This document shows positions 1 to 13,235 of a DNA stretch of 64,000 nucleotides, piece after piece. Each line of letters opens with the position of its first letter. Positions within the stretch are counted from its first letter, which is position 1. Source of the DNA: Lama glama (Eukaryota). The notes beneath the pieces are model-generated. The model did no database searches. It was given only the letters and a program-made list of their open reading frames with translations, and was not told the origin of the DNA. Location of the stretch: NCBI GenBank assembly GCA_028534125.1, contig CM052817.1:9612001-9676000 (forward strand), read 5' to 3'. The position numbers and the translations under genes are program-made.

Positions 1-917
1 TGCGGGGCGGGGGACCATGGAACCTGGGGGAGGGGACAGGTATTAGTCGAATAACCACACAAATATGTAAATTTAAAATGCGACAGGACAAGTCTCGGGC
101 CTCTGACGTGGGGCTGTGATCCACCATGCGTGCGCACGTGATCTTTGAAATGGAAAATAATGACTTGAATTTTCCTTAACGAGTTGGAAAAGGGATGCCG
201 AAGGCCACGTCACGGAGCTGATGGAGATTCTCCTACAGAACTCGGACCTCAGCCCACACACGCAGGGCTGCAGTCGTCACTGAGATCACTTCGTGCCTTC
301 ACACAGGCACTGACGACGTGGGACGGCTGGCGCCGATCAAGGAGCATTTTACATCTCTGTGTCACACGAAAGGAGGAAAGCGCAGCCCAAGCCCCGAGTG
401 GCCAGGCTGCAGAGACAGGTCCCCCAACCAACCGTGACCACCATCTTTTGCATAAGAAGACGTGAGGGTGACTAACGGCGGCCTCTGCCTGTCACCTCTT
501 CACTTCCTCCTCTCGGCCGCTTGTCCCTCTACTGCTAATAACACACCTTGTTTTCTCTTTTTTCATTTTTCAGCCTTCCTCCCTTAACAGTGCCGATGGC
601 CAGTGTCAGAAGCCTCCTCTCCCTGCCCTCCCTCCCTCGGGGACGGCTCTCTCAGCACGTCAGCATCACCACGGTAGAAATGCTTCCTGAGTCTTTCTCT
701 CCGGGCCGGGACCCCTTCCCACGGCTCGGTGTGCAGGACCAGCACACATTCCCGTGTCCTCCCAGCACCCCAGACTCACCCCACCTCCAGACTAAGTCAC
801 TCCAGTGCCTCCCCGTCTTGGCTTCTTTCCTCTTTTCTCTTTCTCCCTCAGGAGCGCCAAGCCTCTACTCACCTCAGTCAAGACCTCAGACACTTTCACC
901 TTCTCTTTCTCGAAACC

Positions 918-1060
918 AGGGGTCCTCCAACTTAAGTGTGTCTTTAAATCACTTAGATGGCAGCTCCACCTCCAGATTCAGATTCAGGGGGTCTGGGGCA
1001 GGGCCAAGAACTGGCACATCCACCAAGTGCCCAGGAGATGCTGCTGCCGTGAGAACTAGT
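918..1060. mobile_element. MER5-type hAT-Charlie non-autonomous DNA transposon remnant
   Basis: cagattcagggggtctggggcagggccaagaactggcacatccaccaagtgcccaggagatgctgctg resembles the MER5A core. Confidence 0.65.
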
Positions 1061-2160
1061 GGCCCACCTCTCAGGGAACGATCGGACTGTCCTTGTGGCC
1101 TCTTCGCCATGGCTCCCACTAACTCTCTCCTCTTACCATCTCACCAGGGCATCCCAGCTGGGGTCCCTGGTGCCTGCGTCCCAACTGCCCTGTACCTGCA
1201 GCCCCAGGTGCAGCTGCCGACATTCACCTCCTCCTCTCTCCACATCCTTCGAGACGTTCCCCCCTGCGTGGAGAATATATTCCAGACTGATGTCAGCGGC
1301 TCCCCATAACTTGACCTCAAACCCTTTCTGCAATTTCATCTTCTACTTTGTCCCAGTAGAGCCCTCCTGCTCCAGGCATGGTAACATTCTGTTCCCCAAA
1401 CGCTTTGCTTTGGTTCCATCTTTTTCATCATGATGTAGCGCGTTTAGGAACACTGGGACTGGGACCAAATCCCAAGCACCCCAGCTCCTAGCTCTGCGGT
1501 CATCATGCCGGTCGCTGATCACGGAGGACCTCAGGGCCTCCATCTTCAAGACCCTGGGTGATAGTAATACCTGTGTCCTAGCCAGGCTGGCGTGAGATGG
1601 ATGAGAAAATGCATTCCACACACGTATCACAAAGCCCGGCGCACGACAGCTGAACAACATTCCATATTTGTGTATAGTTTTAATAATATGGACAAAATAC
1701 ATGCTGCCTCTGAGATGTAGCCCAGGGCAATGGCCTGGGCTTGTAGGAAAGGTTTCTCTGATTGAAGTTGTCAGCGCTGTTGAAAGTTGAGCCCCAAAAT
1801 CAATAGCCATCCATCCATCCAACAAGCCTGTTTCTCAGATCATCAAATTTGCGAGCCTCTTCCCAGTGGTAATTGAATCGCTAAGCGTGTCTGTGCCTGG
1901 ACTAGTCGGGTGTCATTTGTTTTATTCTTAGTTAAGTCGATGTGACAGTCCTGATAGGACCAGCATTTTCACTGTCGGACTTAAAGAAGCCAAGACATGT
2001 ACGTCTTACACCAGATGGACAGTTGTCAGCATTATCTCATGATGGCTTATGTGAAGTTCTAAATTTGCAAAGCAAAGTTACATCCTTTTGCTATTTTTTA
2101 ATCTACTGTTTCCTTTGGGGGGAAAATGTTCTGTTTAAGTAATATTCTTGTATTTTTTAG

Positions 2161-2249
2161 GCTTACCTCCAATTCCCTCAGCTTTCAGGACAGGCTTTGC
2201 AGAATTTTCCATGAGAGAACGCATGAGGGAGAAATTACAAGCCGCAAGG
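2161..2249 (+). CDS. CC2D2A: CC2D2A coding exon (89 nt)
   Basis: ttttttag|GCTTACCT...GCAAGG|gtgaga; LPPIPSAFRTGFAEFSMRERMREKLQAAR. Confidence 0.95.
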
Positions 2250-2575
2250 GTGAGAGAAACCACAGGAATATTTTGTTCAGTGATTGCAGCGCATCCTTTC
2301 TGGTTGAGCTTGTTTTGTCTGCTCAAAACTGCGTGAATCTGAATACAGCTAAATTTGTTTTTCACATTTTAAATGTTAATGCAGTATTTAACAGTGGCAC
2401 AGACGACAATGATGCTTAAAAAGAATTTGACATCCTTTTTCTAAGCCACTGCTCTTATCTCATAAAGAAGTATGATGTGCATTTTTTTACTGATTATTTT
2501 CTCCCAAGATTGTGACCGAGGTATTCATAGCACTACTGACAACTTATAGCAGTAATTTTCTGTTTGATTCTTCAG

Positions 2576-2677
2576 TCCAAAGCAGAAAGTGCATTGCTGC
2601 AGGAAATCCCCACCCCTCGGCCCAGGCGCTCACGAAGTCCCAGTGAGAAACAAGTGGAGACTGAGTTTGGCACGGAG
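2576..2677 (+). CDS. CC2D2A: CC2D2A coding exon (102 nt)
   Basis: ttcttcag|TCCAAA...ACGGAG|gtaaga; [34 protein letters not shown]. Confidence 0.95.
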
Positions 2678-2799
2678 GTAAGAAGTGGGCCATTCCTACT
2701 TTATGACCAAAGACAGTGAAGCAGAATAGAAATTTTCCAGCAGAAGTTCTTGAACAGAGCTATGCAAAGAGGAGACGTTGAATTCTTACTGAGAATTAC

Positions 2800-3010
2800 A
2801 ACAGCTCCTATCTATAGAGTATTACTCAGCGCCAGGCATTTTGCCAAGTCTCTTCCCCATGTTATCACATCTTTATCCCAACACTCCTATGAGGTAGGTA
2901 CTAATATTTTTCTTTCACATTTGATAGATGAGAAAACTGAGGTTCAGAGGGGCTGCAAAGCCATCCCCAGGTCACAGAGCATGTGTGTAGAGGAGTCACG
3001 ATTTGATCTC
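2800..3010 (-). mobile_element. MIR SINE
   Basis: cattttgatagatgagaaaactgaggttcagag-like core. Confidence 0.8.
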
Positions 3011-4838
3011 GGATCCATCCCAACCCGTCTGTCTCATGGGCTGGCGTTGCTGGATGCATGGATCTTGCTGGGAAACAGGGAAAGACATTAGAGTAGAATC
3101 GGATGGCGGGGGCCCTGAGGGTTACTCTGAGGGGCTCCGATGGTTTTCTGCATGCCCTGGAAAGCTGTCGGCAATATAGGATGCAATATTGAATCTACTG
3201 GACTGATTTTCGTTTGAACATGAGAGGCTGGTGGGGCATCTCAATGTGCGCTCCCCTGGAGATGCAGACAGTGGAAGGAACCAGGCCTGGAGAAGCAGAT
3301 GTAGGAGGCAGCTCTACTGTGAGAGTTTTGAAGTTCTGAGAGTGTCTTTGTTTCCTGAGGGCAAGAATGAATGAATGAAGACAATCTTACCCTTGGGAAA
3401 AAACTGACCATCAAGGCCCGTGAGGCAGAGAGGAAGCCAGTAAAAGAAAGAAAGACATCAGGGATGCAGATGAAGGACAAGCATGTAAGAGGGCAGAAGA
3501 AGGGACAGGAGGAGCAGAGGGCGCAGGGAGGCGCTTGCAAGTCTAGTCCAGCTGACGGTTGTTGATGACGGTTCGGGTTGTTTTCCACCCTGAGACAAAG
3601 AAACCCAGGCTTTTAGGCATATTTCTGGAGCACAAGCAGTAATTTCTTAGATGATGCAATTTCTTTTCCTATGAGGAGATGTTATAAATTTTTACCTGTA
3701 TTCATCCCAAACAAGCCAAAGGTTGCGTGATTGTAAGGAAAAGTGCAGCCGTGCTCATGGGTGGGGGCCCATGGTAGTAGGAACAGCCAGTCAGTTCACA
3801 GAAATGACTTTACGACTGTTTGCTACCCCGTTCTACTGAGGACACATGTCTTTTTCTTGAATTCCAGTTTATTCTCTTCCATTAGAGCCATGATTGGGGC
3901 AGAACCGTGATTCTAAAATATTGGAAAATAATGGGAAACTACCTAAAGTCCCCTCAGCTCGACACAGACACTCTGCTGCTTTGGTAGGTGTGTGAGTCCT
4001 GGCACCTAGTCAGGTGGGCTACGTGACGGCTGGGAGGGCCTGGTCTCCCACACCTGGCCTCGTCTGTACCTTCTGATTGGTAATTATTTCACAGAGTCAC
4101 GGTAGCTCTCATTGTCCATGGGCCATGAATATGCTAGCCCCAGTCAAGCTGGAAGTTTGGAAGGAAAAATATACTCCCTTGGCTCTCAGGGTATTTGTCT
4201 CTTCTTGTGCGCGGGACCTCGACCTGCGTGTCCATTATATTCCGGAGCCCCTAAGAGTCATTCTGTGCATTTGAGGCAAACGTCAACTGCCTTGCTTTAG
4301 ACTTGATCTCAGGGCCCTAAAGGAACATGGCACTCACAAGCATACTTCTTCATGTATATACCTCGACCCGGATGGGACGTCTAAAAAGTCGTCCTTTTAT
4401 ATCCCATGGAGCAAAGAGCAGAGAACAGGAAGAACACAGGAGCTGGACCGCAGCTGCCCAGCATGAATGCTGGCAGGCTCACTCGCTAGCAGCGCGACCT
4501 TGGACATGTAAGAGAAAGGAAATAGCTTTGCATGGTCTTGAAAAACAAGTAGGACTTGGGAAGAATACCTGAAGGTCCCCAGCGCAGGTCCACTACGTTT
4601 CATTCCTAGTGATGCGGAGTGTTCCGTGCTGTGGAATGTCTCGGTGTGGATTATAACAGTAAGGTTTCCATCAGAGGTAGAGTAAGTTTGTCCCTTCTTA
4701 TGTGAATATCTACATATATGGCCGGGACGGCTAAGACTTGCCCAGAAGGAAGGCTCGGCATTTGGATTGTACTTGCTGGAAAAGGAGGAGTGACTTGGTT
4801 CTAGAAGGAGTGGATTAGGAATGAAGTTTTCCTTTACT

Positions 4839-4964
4839 GGAGGGGGTGGGTAATGAGGTTTATTTAGTTAGTCAGTTTTTTCTTTTAATTGGAGGTACTG
4901 GGGATTGAACCCAGGACCTCGTGCATGCTAAGCACACACTCTACCACGGAGCTATACCCTCCCC
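4839..4964 (-). mobile_element. tRNA-Ala-derived SINE (camelid vic-1-like)
   Basis: Reverse complement GGGGAGGGTATAGCTCCGTGGTAGAGTGTGTGCTTAGCATGCACGAGGTCCTGGGTTCAATCCCCAGTACCTCC with A/B boxes and an AT-rich tail. Confidence 0.9.
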
Positions 4965-5219
4965 ACTAGAAGGGGTGGGTTTGAAGGAAAGATGAGGACA
5001 AAGCGGTAGCAGCACCTGGTGGACTGGCTCTCAGGAGAAAGGAGACACCCAGAATGAAAACAAGAGCATCAAGCCAGTGTGAGCAGGAGGCTGAGCTCCC
5101 CACGTGGACAGCAGGTCCAGAGGCGCCCGAGGAGGACTGGCCTGCACCCTGGAGGGTGTGTGCTGGGCTTATTTATAATCAGACATTATAGATGCTTCTC
5201 ATCATAGGCTGTTTGCCTT

Positions 5220-5395
5220 TTGTTTTTGTTTTTTTAATGGAAGTGCAGTCAGCTACAACGTGTCAGTCTCTGGTGTACAGCACGATGTCCCAGTCATGCA
5301 CATACACACAGACATTCGTTTTCATATTCTTTTTCATTAAAGATTATTACAAGATATCGAACATAGTTCCCTGTGCCATGCAGAAGAAACTTTTT
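5220..5395 (-). mobile_element. L1 3'-end fragment (relatively young, same family as 33470-33765)
   Basis: T-rich tail then tctggtgtacagcacgatgtcccagtcatgcacatac...atagttccctgtgc. Confidence 0.8.
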
Positions 5396-5731
5396 AAATC
5401 TATTATATTTTTAATCTATTTTTATATGAAACTATTTAGAAATGATCCTCTGTGAACTGGATAATCTATTGATCTGTAGGAGGAAATAAGACATTTCATT
5501 TTAGGGTTTCTTGATGATGAAATTTTGTATTTGTCCAGTCTTGAGAGAGACAGAGCTGAGAAAGAAAATATTCAGCAAACTTGAACCTTCAAATACATTT
5601 GAAATTGGTAAACATTTCATGAGATGCATCAATGGTCAGAAGATAAGCCTTTTGAGGGTTAATGCTTGCTCTAGAACATCCCGAGTTTCTCGATTTAAAT
5701 GGTGTATCTATCATTTTTCCCACTTATGTAG

Positions 5732-5833
5732 CCGGGCAGGGAGGTACAAAGGACTCAACTAGAAGAAGACTCCCGAGATTACTCAAGAGTCAAGTTCCAT
5801 GACTCGGCACGAAAAATCAAGTCTAAACCCCCG
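5732..5833 (+). CDS. CC2D2A: CC2D2A coding exon (102 nt)
   Basis: ttatgtag|CCGGGC...CCCCCG|gtgaga; [34 protein letters not shown]. Confidence 0.95.
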
Positions 5834-6577
5834 GTGAGAAATCCTGTCTTTTTAAATTATGCTTGTTTTAAATTATGCATACTTTACATCAAATAGTTTG
5901 TTGATTTGTTTGTGGTTTTCAAAACTATCCAATGAGAGATGACTATGTCCATGAGTTGACCCCTACTGCCATGGAGTATGTAAGAAAAAAGTATGAGAAG
6001 TGATTCCCACTTTTGAAATCCTGGAATCTAGCTGGAGAGATGGGAATACTGCCTGACTCGGGGAAGGGAGATGCCTGGAGGGGCAGGAAATGTTCATGAT
6101 AAGACTCCTTGCTCAGCTGTACAGTTGCACCAGCTTTTATTATGGGGAAAAGGGGGGCTACCAACTCAAGAAGAATCAAAACAAACCAAAATATTGTCTT
6201 TTTTTAAAAACTGTTAAACGTGTTGCTCATAATTAAACAAAAGTATCTAGTGCTGTCCTGTAAAATATTGAATCCACTTTTTGGCATTTTAATCATCTTT
6301 TTTGAAGTTTTTACTGATGTAAATAATATAGTTACATGTTTGCTGGAATGTAAATAACTGCTGATTTATTTAAAAATAAAAGTGACTCATTAAAGCTACT
6401 TAATGAAGGAGGCCTGTTGCACCTGTTAAAGTTGATTACCTTCAACCGGGGTAATGCACTTAGGAAGCCTGGGGTGTCCCAGACGTCATTAGCACCCAGC
6501 CAGCTGTCAGTGAGCCACGCGGAGCTTGTCCCAGCCCAGATCATTGAAATTCTATTGCTTGCTATACTTCTCGGCAG

Positions 6578-6754
6578 GTTCCGCCTGGCTTCCCTTCTGC
6601 CGAGGAAGCCTATAACTTCTTCACGTTCAACTTTGATCCCGAACCAGAGGAATCAGAGGAAAAACCAAAAGCAAAACATCGAGGTGGAACTAACCAAGAG
6701 GAGAAGGAAGGGGAGGAAGAAGAGCCACCTGTGCGAGAAGGAGCAAACAAAACG
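6578..6754 (+). CDS. CC2D2A: CC2D2A coding exon (177 nt)
   Basis: ctcggcag|GTTCCG...AAAACG|gtattt; [59 protein letters not shown]. Confidence 0.94.
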
Positions 6755-7229
6755 GTATTTAGTTCTCTGGTGGGAACCAGGACAGGAATGAAGATGATGG
6801 TGGTGGTGGTGGTGATGGTGGTGATGACATCCTAGCCAGGAAGAAAGCGGCTGAGGACAGACTCACCACCACTACATAGAACTGTTCATCCAAGTCTTAG
6901 CTGAAAGCAGTAGGACTACTAGGTTCACATGACTTTCTGAAGCCCTGATTTCATCCCATAATTTGGGCAGTGAGGGCCCTGATTAAATCCATCATCTTTC
7001 CTTTGTGGGAAAAATGAATGGAGAACAATGTGGCTTGCAGATTTTTCTGGCTGGATTCCACAAGGATTAGAATTCATTTCACATGCAAAATGTTTGCCTC
7101 TCCAAGGCAAATGCAACCTAGCTCTCTCTCTCCCCACCACCTTACAGGTGAGCATCTTTTTGTGCCCCGTATCACACCCCCGCTACAACTCACATTCCTT
7201 AATGGTGGGTGGGTGGTGTGTGTGAGATA

Positions 7230-7415
7230 AAAGAAAACAGGCCGTTGAAAAACGAGCAGAGGACTTGAATAGCCATCTCTCCAAGGGAGATATCAAATGG
7301 CCAATAAGGACATGAAAAGAGACTTAACATCACTAATCATTAGGGAAATGCAAATCCAAACCACAACGAGATACCACTTTACACAAATTAGAAAGACTAT
7401 TATAAAACAGATAGG

Positions 7416-7463
<48 letters not shown>

Positions 7464-7910
7464 AGAAGGAAGGAAGGAAGGAAACAAAGAAGGAGGGAAA
7501 GAAGGAAGGACGGACAAGTGTTGGCAAGGATGTGGAGAAACCGGACCCTTGTACATTGCCGATGGTGATGCCAAGTGATGCAGCTGCTATGAAAAACAAT
7601 CTAGTGGATCCTATAAAATTCAAACATAGAACTACCACACGATCTAGCAGTCCTACTTCCGGTGTATACCCCAAAATTTGAAAGCAACCACTCAGACAGA
7701 TATTTGTACACTCATGTTGATAGAAGCATATACTGACAATAGCCAAAAGCAGAAGCAATCTACCTACCCACCAGCAGATGAATAGCTACATACAATGTAG
7801 TCTCTACATACCGCAGAATATTATTCAGCATTAAGAAGGAAGGACATTCTGACATACGCTGGACACAGATGAACCTTGAAGACGGTATGCTTAGTGAAAT
7901 AAGCCAAGAG
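7230..7910 (+). mobile_element. L1 ORF2 3' end/3'UTR fragment
   Basis: catcactaatcattagggaaatgcaaatccaaaccacaacgagataccac...gaaccttgaagacggtatgcttagtgaaataagcca. Confidence 0.9.
7410..7510. repeat. Compound (GATA)n + (GGAA)n microsatellite inside the L1
   Basis: About 13 GATA units then imperfect GGAA units. Confidence 0.97.
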
Positions 7911-9081
7911 GGAGAAAAAAAGCCACGTCTCCCTGGAAGCTCCGTGCTCCTAAAACTGCCCTTTTAAGTCATGCCTACTTTGAAGCCGCTTCCCTGTAGC
8001 CAGTGGTCCAGGCTCTGGTCTGCCAGACGCTTTTGTAGTCTTTTCGTGCTCAAAGTGGATTTAGTCTTCCTGGTGGAGGGTTTGGGTCACCTGCGGGTCC
8101 CATCCCTAGCTTCCCTCTCCTGCCTTCTCTGCAGCTTTATGTCTTCACTCACCGCAAGGCAGAGGTGGGGGGCGAGCAAGAAGGATCACACACTGACACG
8201 AGGCGGTGTTTCTCCTCTCACGTTTTTGACATTTTCGGCATTCTCTGTCTTCAGATTAGGCAGAGAGCGTGGGTGCCACGTAGGTTTACCTCTCCCTGAT
8301 CATTTTGCATATCTGGGGAGGAAATATTAGGAGGCGGGAAGCGAGGCTGCCTCCTTGGGCTTCAGTCCCTGGCGGTCTCCACGGGCTCTTACAAGGTGCT
8401 GCTCCTAAATAACGTCAAGTTTAAATTTTTAAAAGAAGAACGAGAAGGAGAAAGAAAAGGAGGAGACAGGGAAGAAGGGAAACAAGAAAGGAGGAGGAGA
8501 AAGAAAAGGGAAAAAAATGTTTGGAAAATACTCAAACTAAATGAACATACTTCAGCTGACATATGTGATGTCAGGCCCTGTGCTTGGAATTTTCGCATGC
8601 ATCATTTAATTTCATTCTCACAAAACCCTAAGAGGTAAGGTCTATTAATACCCCTGTCTTACAAGGAATGAAACCAGGGATCGGAGGGGCGGGTTAGTCT
8701 CCCTGCAGCCTCCCAGGCAGCGCGCGGTGAAGCCACGATTCAAGCCCAGGCCAAACCCAGGCATCTGAGCAGCGTGTGTGGGCCCCACGCTCCGTGCCTT
8801 TGCCCTGGGGTCGCTGCCAGGAGGAACGTTAAAACGCTACACAACTTATGAACCCAGGCTCTTTAAGTGTCAAAGACTCAGCACTCTCATAGGAGGTCAG
8901 AATCCTTGAGGTTTCACTCGCTTTGCTTAGCACATGTCTTCTGACTGCAGCCCATTCTGATTTTGACATTCTCGAAATATGCAGAACAGGGAAAACTAAA
9001 GCTTATTAAATATGAAAGACCATACAGTTTTATGCTTTCATTCAGAGAAACATTAAAGGAAAAGGTAGCTTTATTGTAGGA

Positions 9082-9581
9082 NNNNNNNNNNNNNNNNNNN
9101 NNNNNNNNNNNNNNNNNNNNNNNNNNNNNNNNNNNNNNNNNNNNNNNNNNNNNNNNNNNNNNNNNNNNNNNNNNNNNNNNNNNNNNNNNNNNNNNNNNNN
9201 NNNNNNNNNNNNNNNNNNNNNNNNNNNNNNNNNNNNNNNNNNNNNNNNNNNNNNNNNNNNNNNNNNNNNNNNNNNNNNNNNNNNNNNNNNNNNNNNNNNN
9301 NNNNNNNNNNNNNNNNNNNNNNNNNNNNNNNNNNNNNNNNNNNNNNNNNNNNNNNNNNNNNNNNNNNNNNNNNNNNNNNNNNNNNNNNNNNNNNNNNNNN
9401 NNNNNNNNNNNNNNNNNNNNNNNNNNNNNNNNNNNNNNNNNNNNNNNNNNNNNNNNNNNNNNNNNNNNNNNNNNNNNNNNNNNNNNNNNNNNNNNNNNNN
9501 NNNNNNNNNNNNNNNNNNNNNNNNNNNNNNNNNNNNNNNNNNNNNNNNNNNNNNNNNNNNNNNNNNNNNNNNNNNNNNNNN
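9082..9581. other. Assembly gap (500 N)
   Basis: Run of exactly 500 N. Confidence 1.
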
Positions 9582-9853
9582 AAAAGTAGCATTTATCGCG
9601 AGCAGCTGAATCTGGGCCACAGAACAAGGATGGACACACATTGTTCCTTATTATTCCTGCTTTTTTTAAAGAATAGAAGCAAAAGCTCCCTATCGAAGTT
9701 CACTTTGGTGAAAGCGTGGAGACAGCTGGATGCTTGAACATCCATCTAGTTTCCTGGCAGCATTGGTCCTGGAGAAGTGGGTGCGTCCAAGAACATTGTT
9801 TGTAGTAAGGAGTAGGACTTCTAACTCAAAATGCGTATCCATATCTTTTTAAG

Positions 9854-9960
9854 CTCCAAGCTCTAAGAAATGCTGTTCAGATGGGACTCAATCCAGCAAA
9901 ATCTCCTAAGTCTCTGAAAACAACCCCAAAAGCCATCAATGAATATAAATCTGAAATTCG
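9854..9960 (+). CDS. CC2D2A: CC2D2A coding exon (107 nt)
   Basis: tttttaag|CTCCAA...AATTCG|gtgagt; [35 protein letters not shown](R). Confidence 0.94.
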
Positions 9961-10617
9961 GTGAGTGGATTCTGTAATTGTAACTACTGCTTTTTTTTTC
10001 CTGTCCTTGTTGAGAGTTTATTTTCCAGAGTTCTTCTGAATGCACTGAATACATGTGAAATTAAGCCAAATGAAATAATAATGAGACATCCATCAAATTA
10101 ATACCAAAGTTGAATGAGGACATGGGGGTTCGGGGGTTAGGGTAACTTACACTCTCTGCTGGTGTAAACAAACAGGAGGGAAGAGCTGAAAATTCCCACA
10201 GTCCAGGACCCAGAAATTCTGCTTCAGACACGTGTACACTGCTTCAGACATGTGTGCACAGGCCCACTGGCGGATTTCACAGCATCACTTACAAATGTCA
10301 GAGCTAGAAATAACCCCAAACCAGAATGAACACATCAGCTTTAATCTTGCATTGAACGTCCATACCGCAGTTAAAACGACTCAATTAGAGCTGCATATAT
10401 CCTGGGTGAAATCATGTTGAATAACAAAATCCAGCCGTAAGAGGATTCGTGCTCTGTCATGGGTCACAAGATCTAAACAGCACGTGAAACAATACTCGTG
10501 TGCCAGGTACACACATGTGTGGTACGGACGGACGGAAAAGACGCACATGCCGGTTTCTTCCTCCGAGGAGTGAGAGAAGGGAATGGAATGGGAGAGAGCT
10601 TCAAAAGTAACTCTAAA

Positions 10618-10777
10618 GGGGAGGGTAAAGCTCAGTGGTAGAGCGCACACTTAGCATGTATGAGGTCCTGGGTTCAATCCCCGGTACCACTGTTAAAATA
10701 AATAAGTAAATGAACCTAATTACCTCCCCCAAAACAAAAACAAACAAAAAATAAATAGATAAATAAACTATTTTTTA
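10618..10777 (+). mobile_element. tRNA-Ala-derived SINE (vic-1-like) with 14-bp TSD
   Basis: GGGGAGGGTAAAGCTCAGTGGTAGAG...GGTTCAATCCCC; TSD aaaagtaactctaa at 10603-10616 and 10778-10791. Confidence 0.93.
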
Positions 10778-13009
10778 AAAAGTAACTCTAACATTTTATA
10801 CAAAAACAAACAAATGAAAAAACTCTGAGAAAATGCAACAAAATGTTAAATGTCATATTTTTATATATGCTTTTCTATTTCTTGAACTTTTGCATAATTA
10901 AAATTCAAAATTCAAAAATTAAAACCCTGACCATTACCAAACAGTGGGGAAATATATAACGTAAAGGGGGAACATTTTCTAGAGTCCCATCGCTCAGGGA
11001 AAATCACGATTAACAGTTTTTTGCTAGTTCTCCCACATACATATCACATGTGTGTGTATATATTCATGTATATACATCCATGTGTTTATGGGTGTATATG
11101 TGTATATTTTAAGGAATCATACTGCATGGGCCATCTTGCAACTTGCTTTTTTATGTAACATGCATCTTAGACCTTTTCCTATCATAGCACATCTAGTGTA
11201 TTGTTTAAATACTGACATTACATCGATTTGCAATCCCCCGTTGATAGATATTTGCATTACTCCTATTTTTTATTATTTACATTGTTCTGTAACATGTCTA
11301 TACATATATATGTATGTACCTGATGAGTATTTCCACAGCATAAATTCTTAGAACAGGAATTAATAAATCAAGGAGTTAAAATATATACTTTCCTATTTAT
11401 AATCTACACTTGAGTTGGAAATTCTTCCACCAAAGCGGAAATTAGTGATGTTTGTATACTATTAATTGTTAAAGTATGAAGAGCATGCTTACAAGTGAAA
11501 ATTCTTACTTATGTTAAAAGAATTGCACACTGCTGCCTCCTTGTGAAAGTAATTTTGTTTTTCATACACTGAGTAAGAAAAAGTGACGAAAGCTGTTCTG
11601 GATACAATGAAGGTTTGATATGGAATTGTATGGATGCATCAGTACTCGGAAACAGTAGCAGGAGTGTGTGTGAGACCCACAGACCATGCCAGGTGGACCC
11701 CTGGACCGCAGCCCCACTGACATCATTCTGCCACCCCTGAGGGTAAAAACCTCTGAGACCCAGCATTTCTGATCCAGTGAAAGAGTGGATGTTAGTCCTT
11801 TACTGACTTTTCAGTTGGTGAAACAGATTCTAAGCAGAGGACATGTTCCTGGATGTCTCATCAAGTGAATCCATTCCCTGGAGCCCCCTGCCCCTGGCAT
11901 CCGTTGAGTCCCCAGTCGGTGCCAGCACCACGGGATGCACTTTCCTCCTTATTTTCCACAAGCAGATCCCGGCCACACGGCTTGTCCTCTGAACTGGAGC
12001 CAAGCTGTATAAGAAAGGAGACACGGGGGGTCCGTGCGGTACAGGGGACACTTTACTTAACCTTGTCCCCTGGATCTTAACCCTCAGACATGCTCAATCT
12101 TGAACAAATAAAAATTCTAGGACCCCCAGAGTCCAATCTGTCTACCGCTTTATCTATTTCCCTTCACAGCGAACTTCTGGAAAATATTTACTAATAATAC
12201 TTTAAATATAACTTCTGGCAAATACGCTGTCACTACTCCCGCCCCTCTCTTCAGTGTCCAAATCATCAACCATGCTCGTTCCTGTGCCCCCCTCTCCTCT
12301 GAGGCTGCCCTCACCGTGGTCCCGGGGAACCTCTGCGTTGCTAAGCGCAAGGGCACATCTAAGTCCCCCAGTGCTTGGCACCGGGCACTGTTCCCACATC
12401 TCCGCGTCCAGGCACCACCCTCTCCTGGATGTCCTCACCCCTTTCCAGCTGCCTGTCCTTCCCATGGTCCTTTGCCTAATCTCCCTCCTCTGCCCAGCTT
12501 CTAAGTGTTCCGAGTTCCTCACAAGTTTGGTTTTTTTTTCTTTTTAAATCTTTTATTAATCTGCACTTTCTCCGGAGATGAATCCAGTCCTGAGGTTTTA
12601 AATACCATTTAGATGCTAGTAGCTCCCAAAGTTTCACCTCTGGGCTGGACCCCCTTCCACACACCGGACCCCGCCTACATCAGGCTTCAGAAAAGTGTTA
12701 CCCGACTCCCTGCTCACAATTGTCTTTTCTCTTCTGCCATAGCTCTGGCCACAATTGTAATTAAATATTCCTTCATGATTCTTTGCTCCTGTAGCTCATA
12801 TGTCAAATTTTACTTGCCCAAGTTCTTTTTAGCATTTCTGAGAGACTATTTTGTCAGGCACTAAAAAAGGAAGTAGGAAATATATCAGAAGGGCCTAAGC
12901 TGTCATATATCTCAGTAAAATAATTTCATATTGCAGGATTTTTTTTTTAAAGAGGCAGGGGAGTTAGCAGCTGAAGGCAAAAGGGAAGAACGACATTTGG
13001 TAACGACAG

Positions 13010-13235
13010 ACACCATTTGTGGGCCACTTACCAGATGTCAGGCTTGGTTCTAGTATTAACTCTTCCACTCCTCACAACAGCCCTGCGAAGTAAATCCTGT
13101 TAGCATCCCTAATTTACAGATAAAGCATGGAGAAGTCAAGGAGTTTGCCCAAGACCAGGCAGCAAACCAGAGAACCAGGATTTAAATCTGGGTAGTTGGA
13201 TTCCAGCATCTGTGCTCTTAACCAGAATGCTTCAC
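13010..13235 (-). mobile_element. MIR SINE
   Basis: tttacagataaagcatggagaagtcaaggagtttgcccaag...gctcttaacca. Confidence 0.7.

Noticed and set aside
548..1309. 253-aa ORF on the + strand
   Set aside because: Non-ATG start, Ser/Pro low complexity, runs through a MER5-like remnant, no recognisable homology; lies in a CC2D2A intron
8396..8638. Lys/Glu/Arg-rich ORF (also 3371-3565)
   Set aside because: Purine-rich low-complexity intron sequence with no match to the missing CC2D2A segments
8914..9641. Long ORFs spanning N runs (also 47445-48225 and 25480-25715)
   Set aside because: Artefacts of translating assembly gaps
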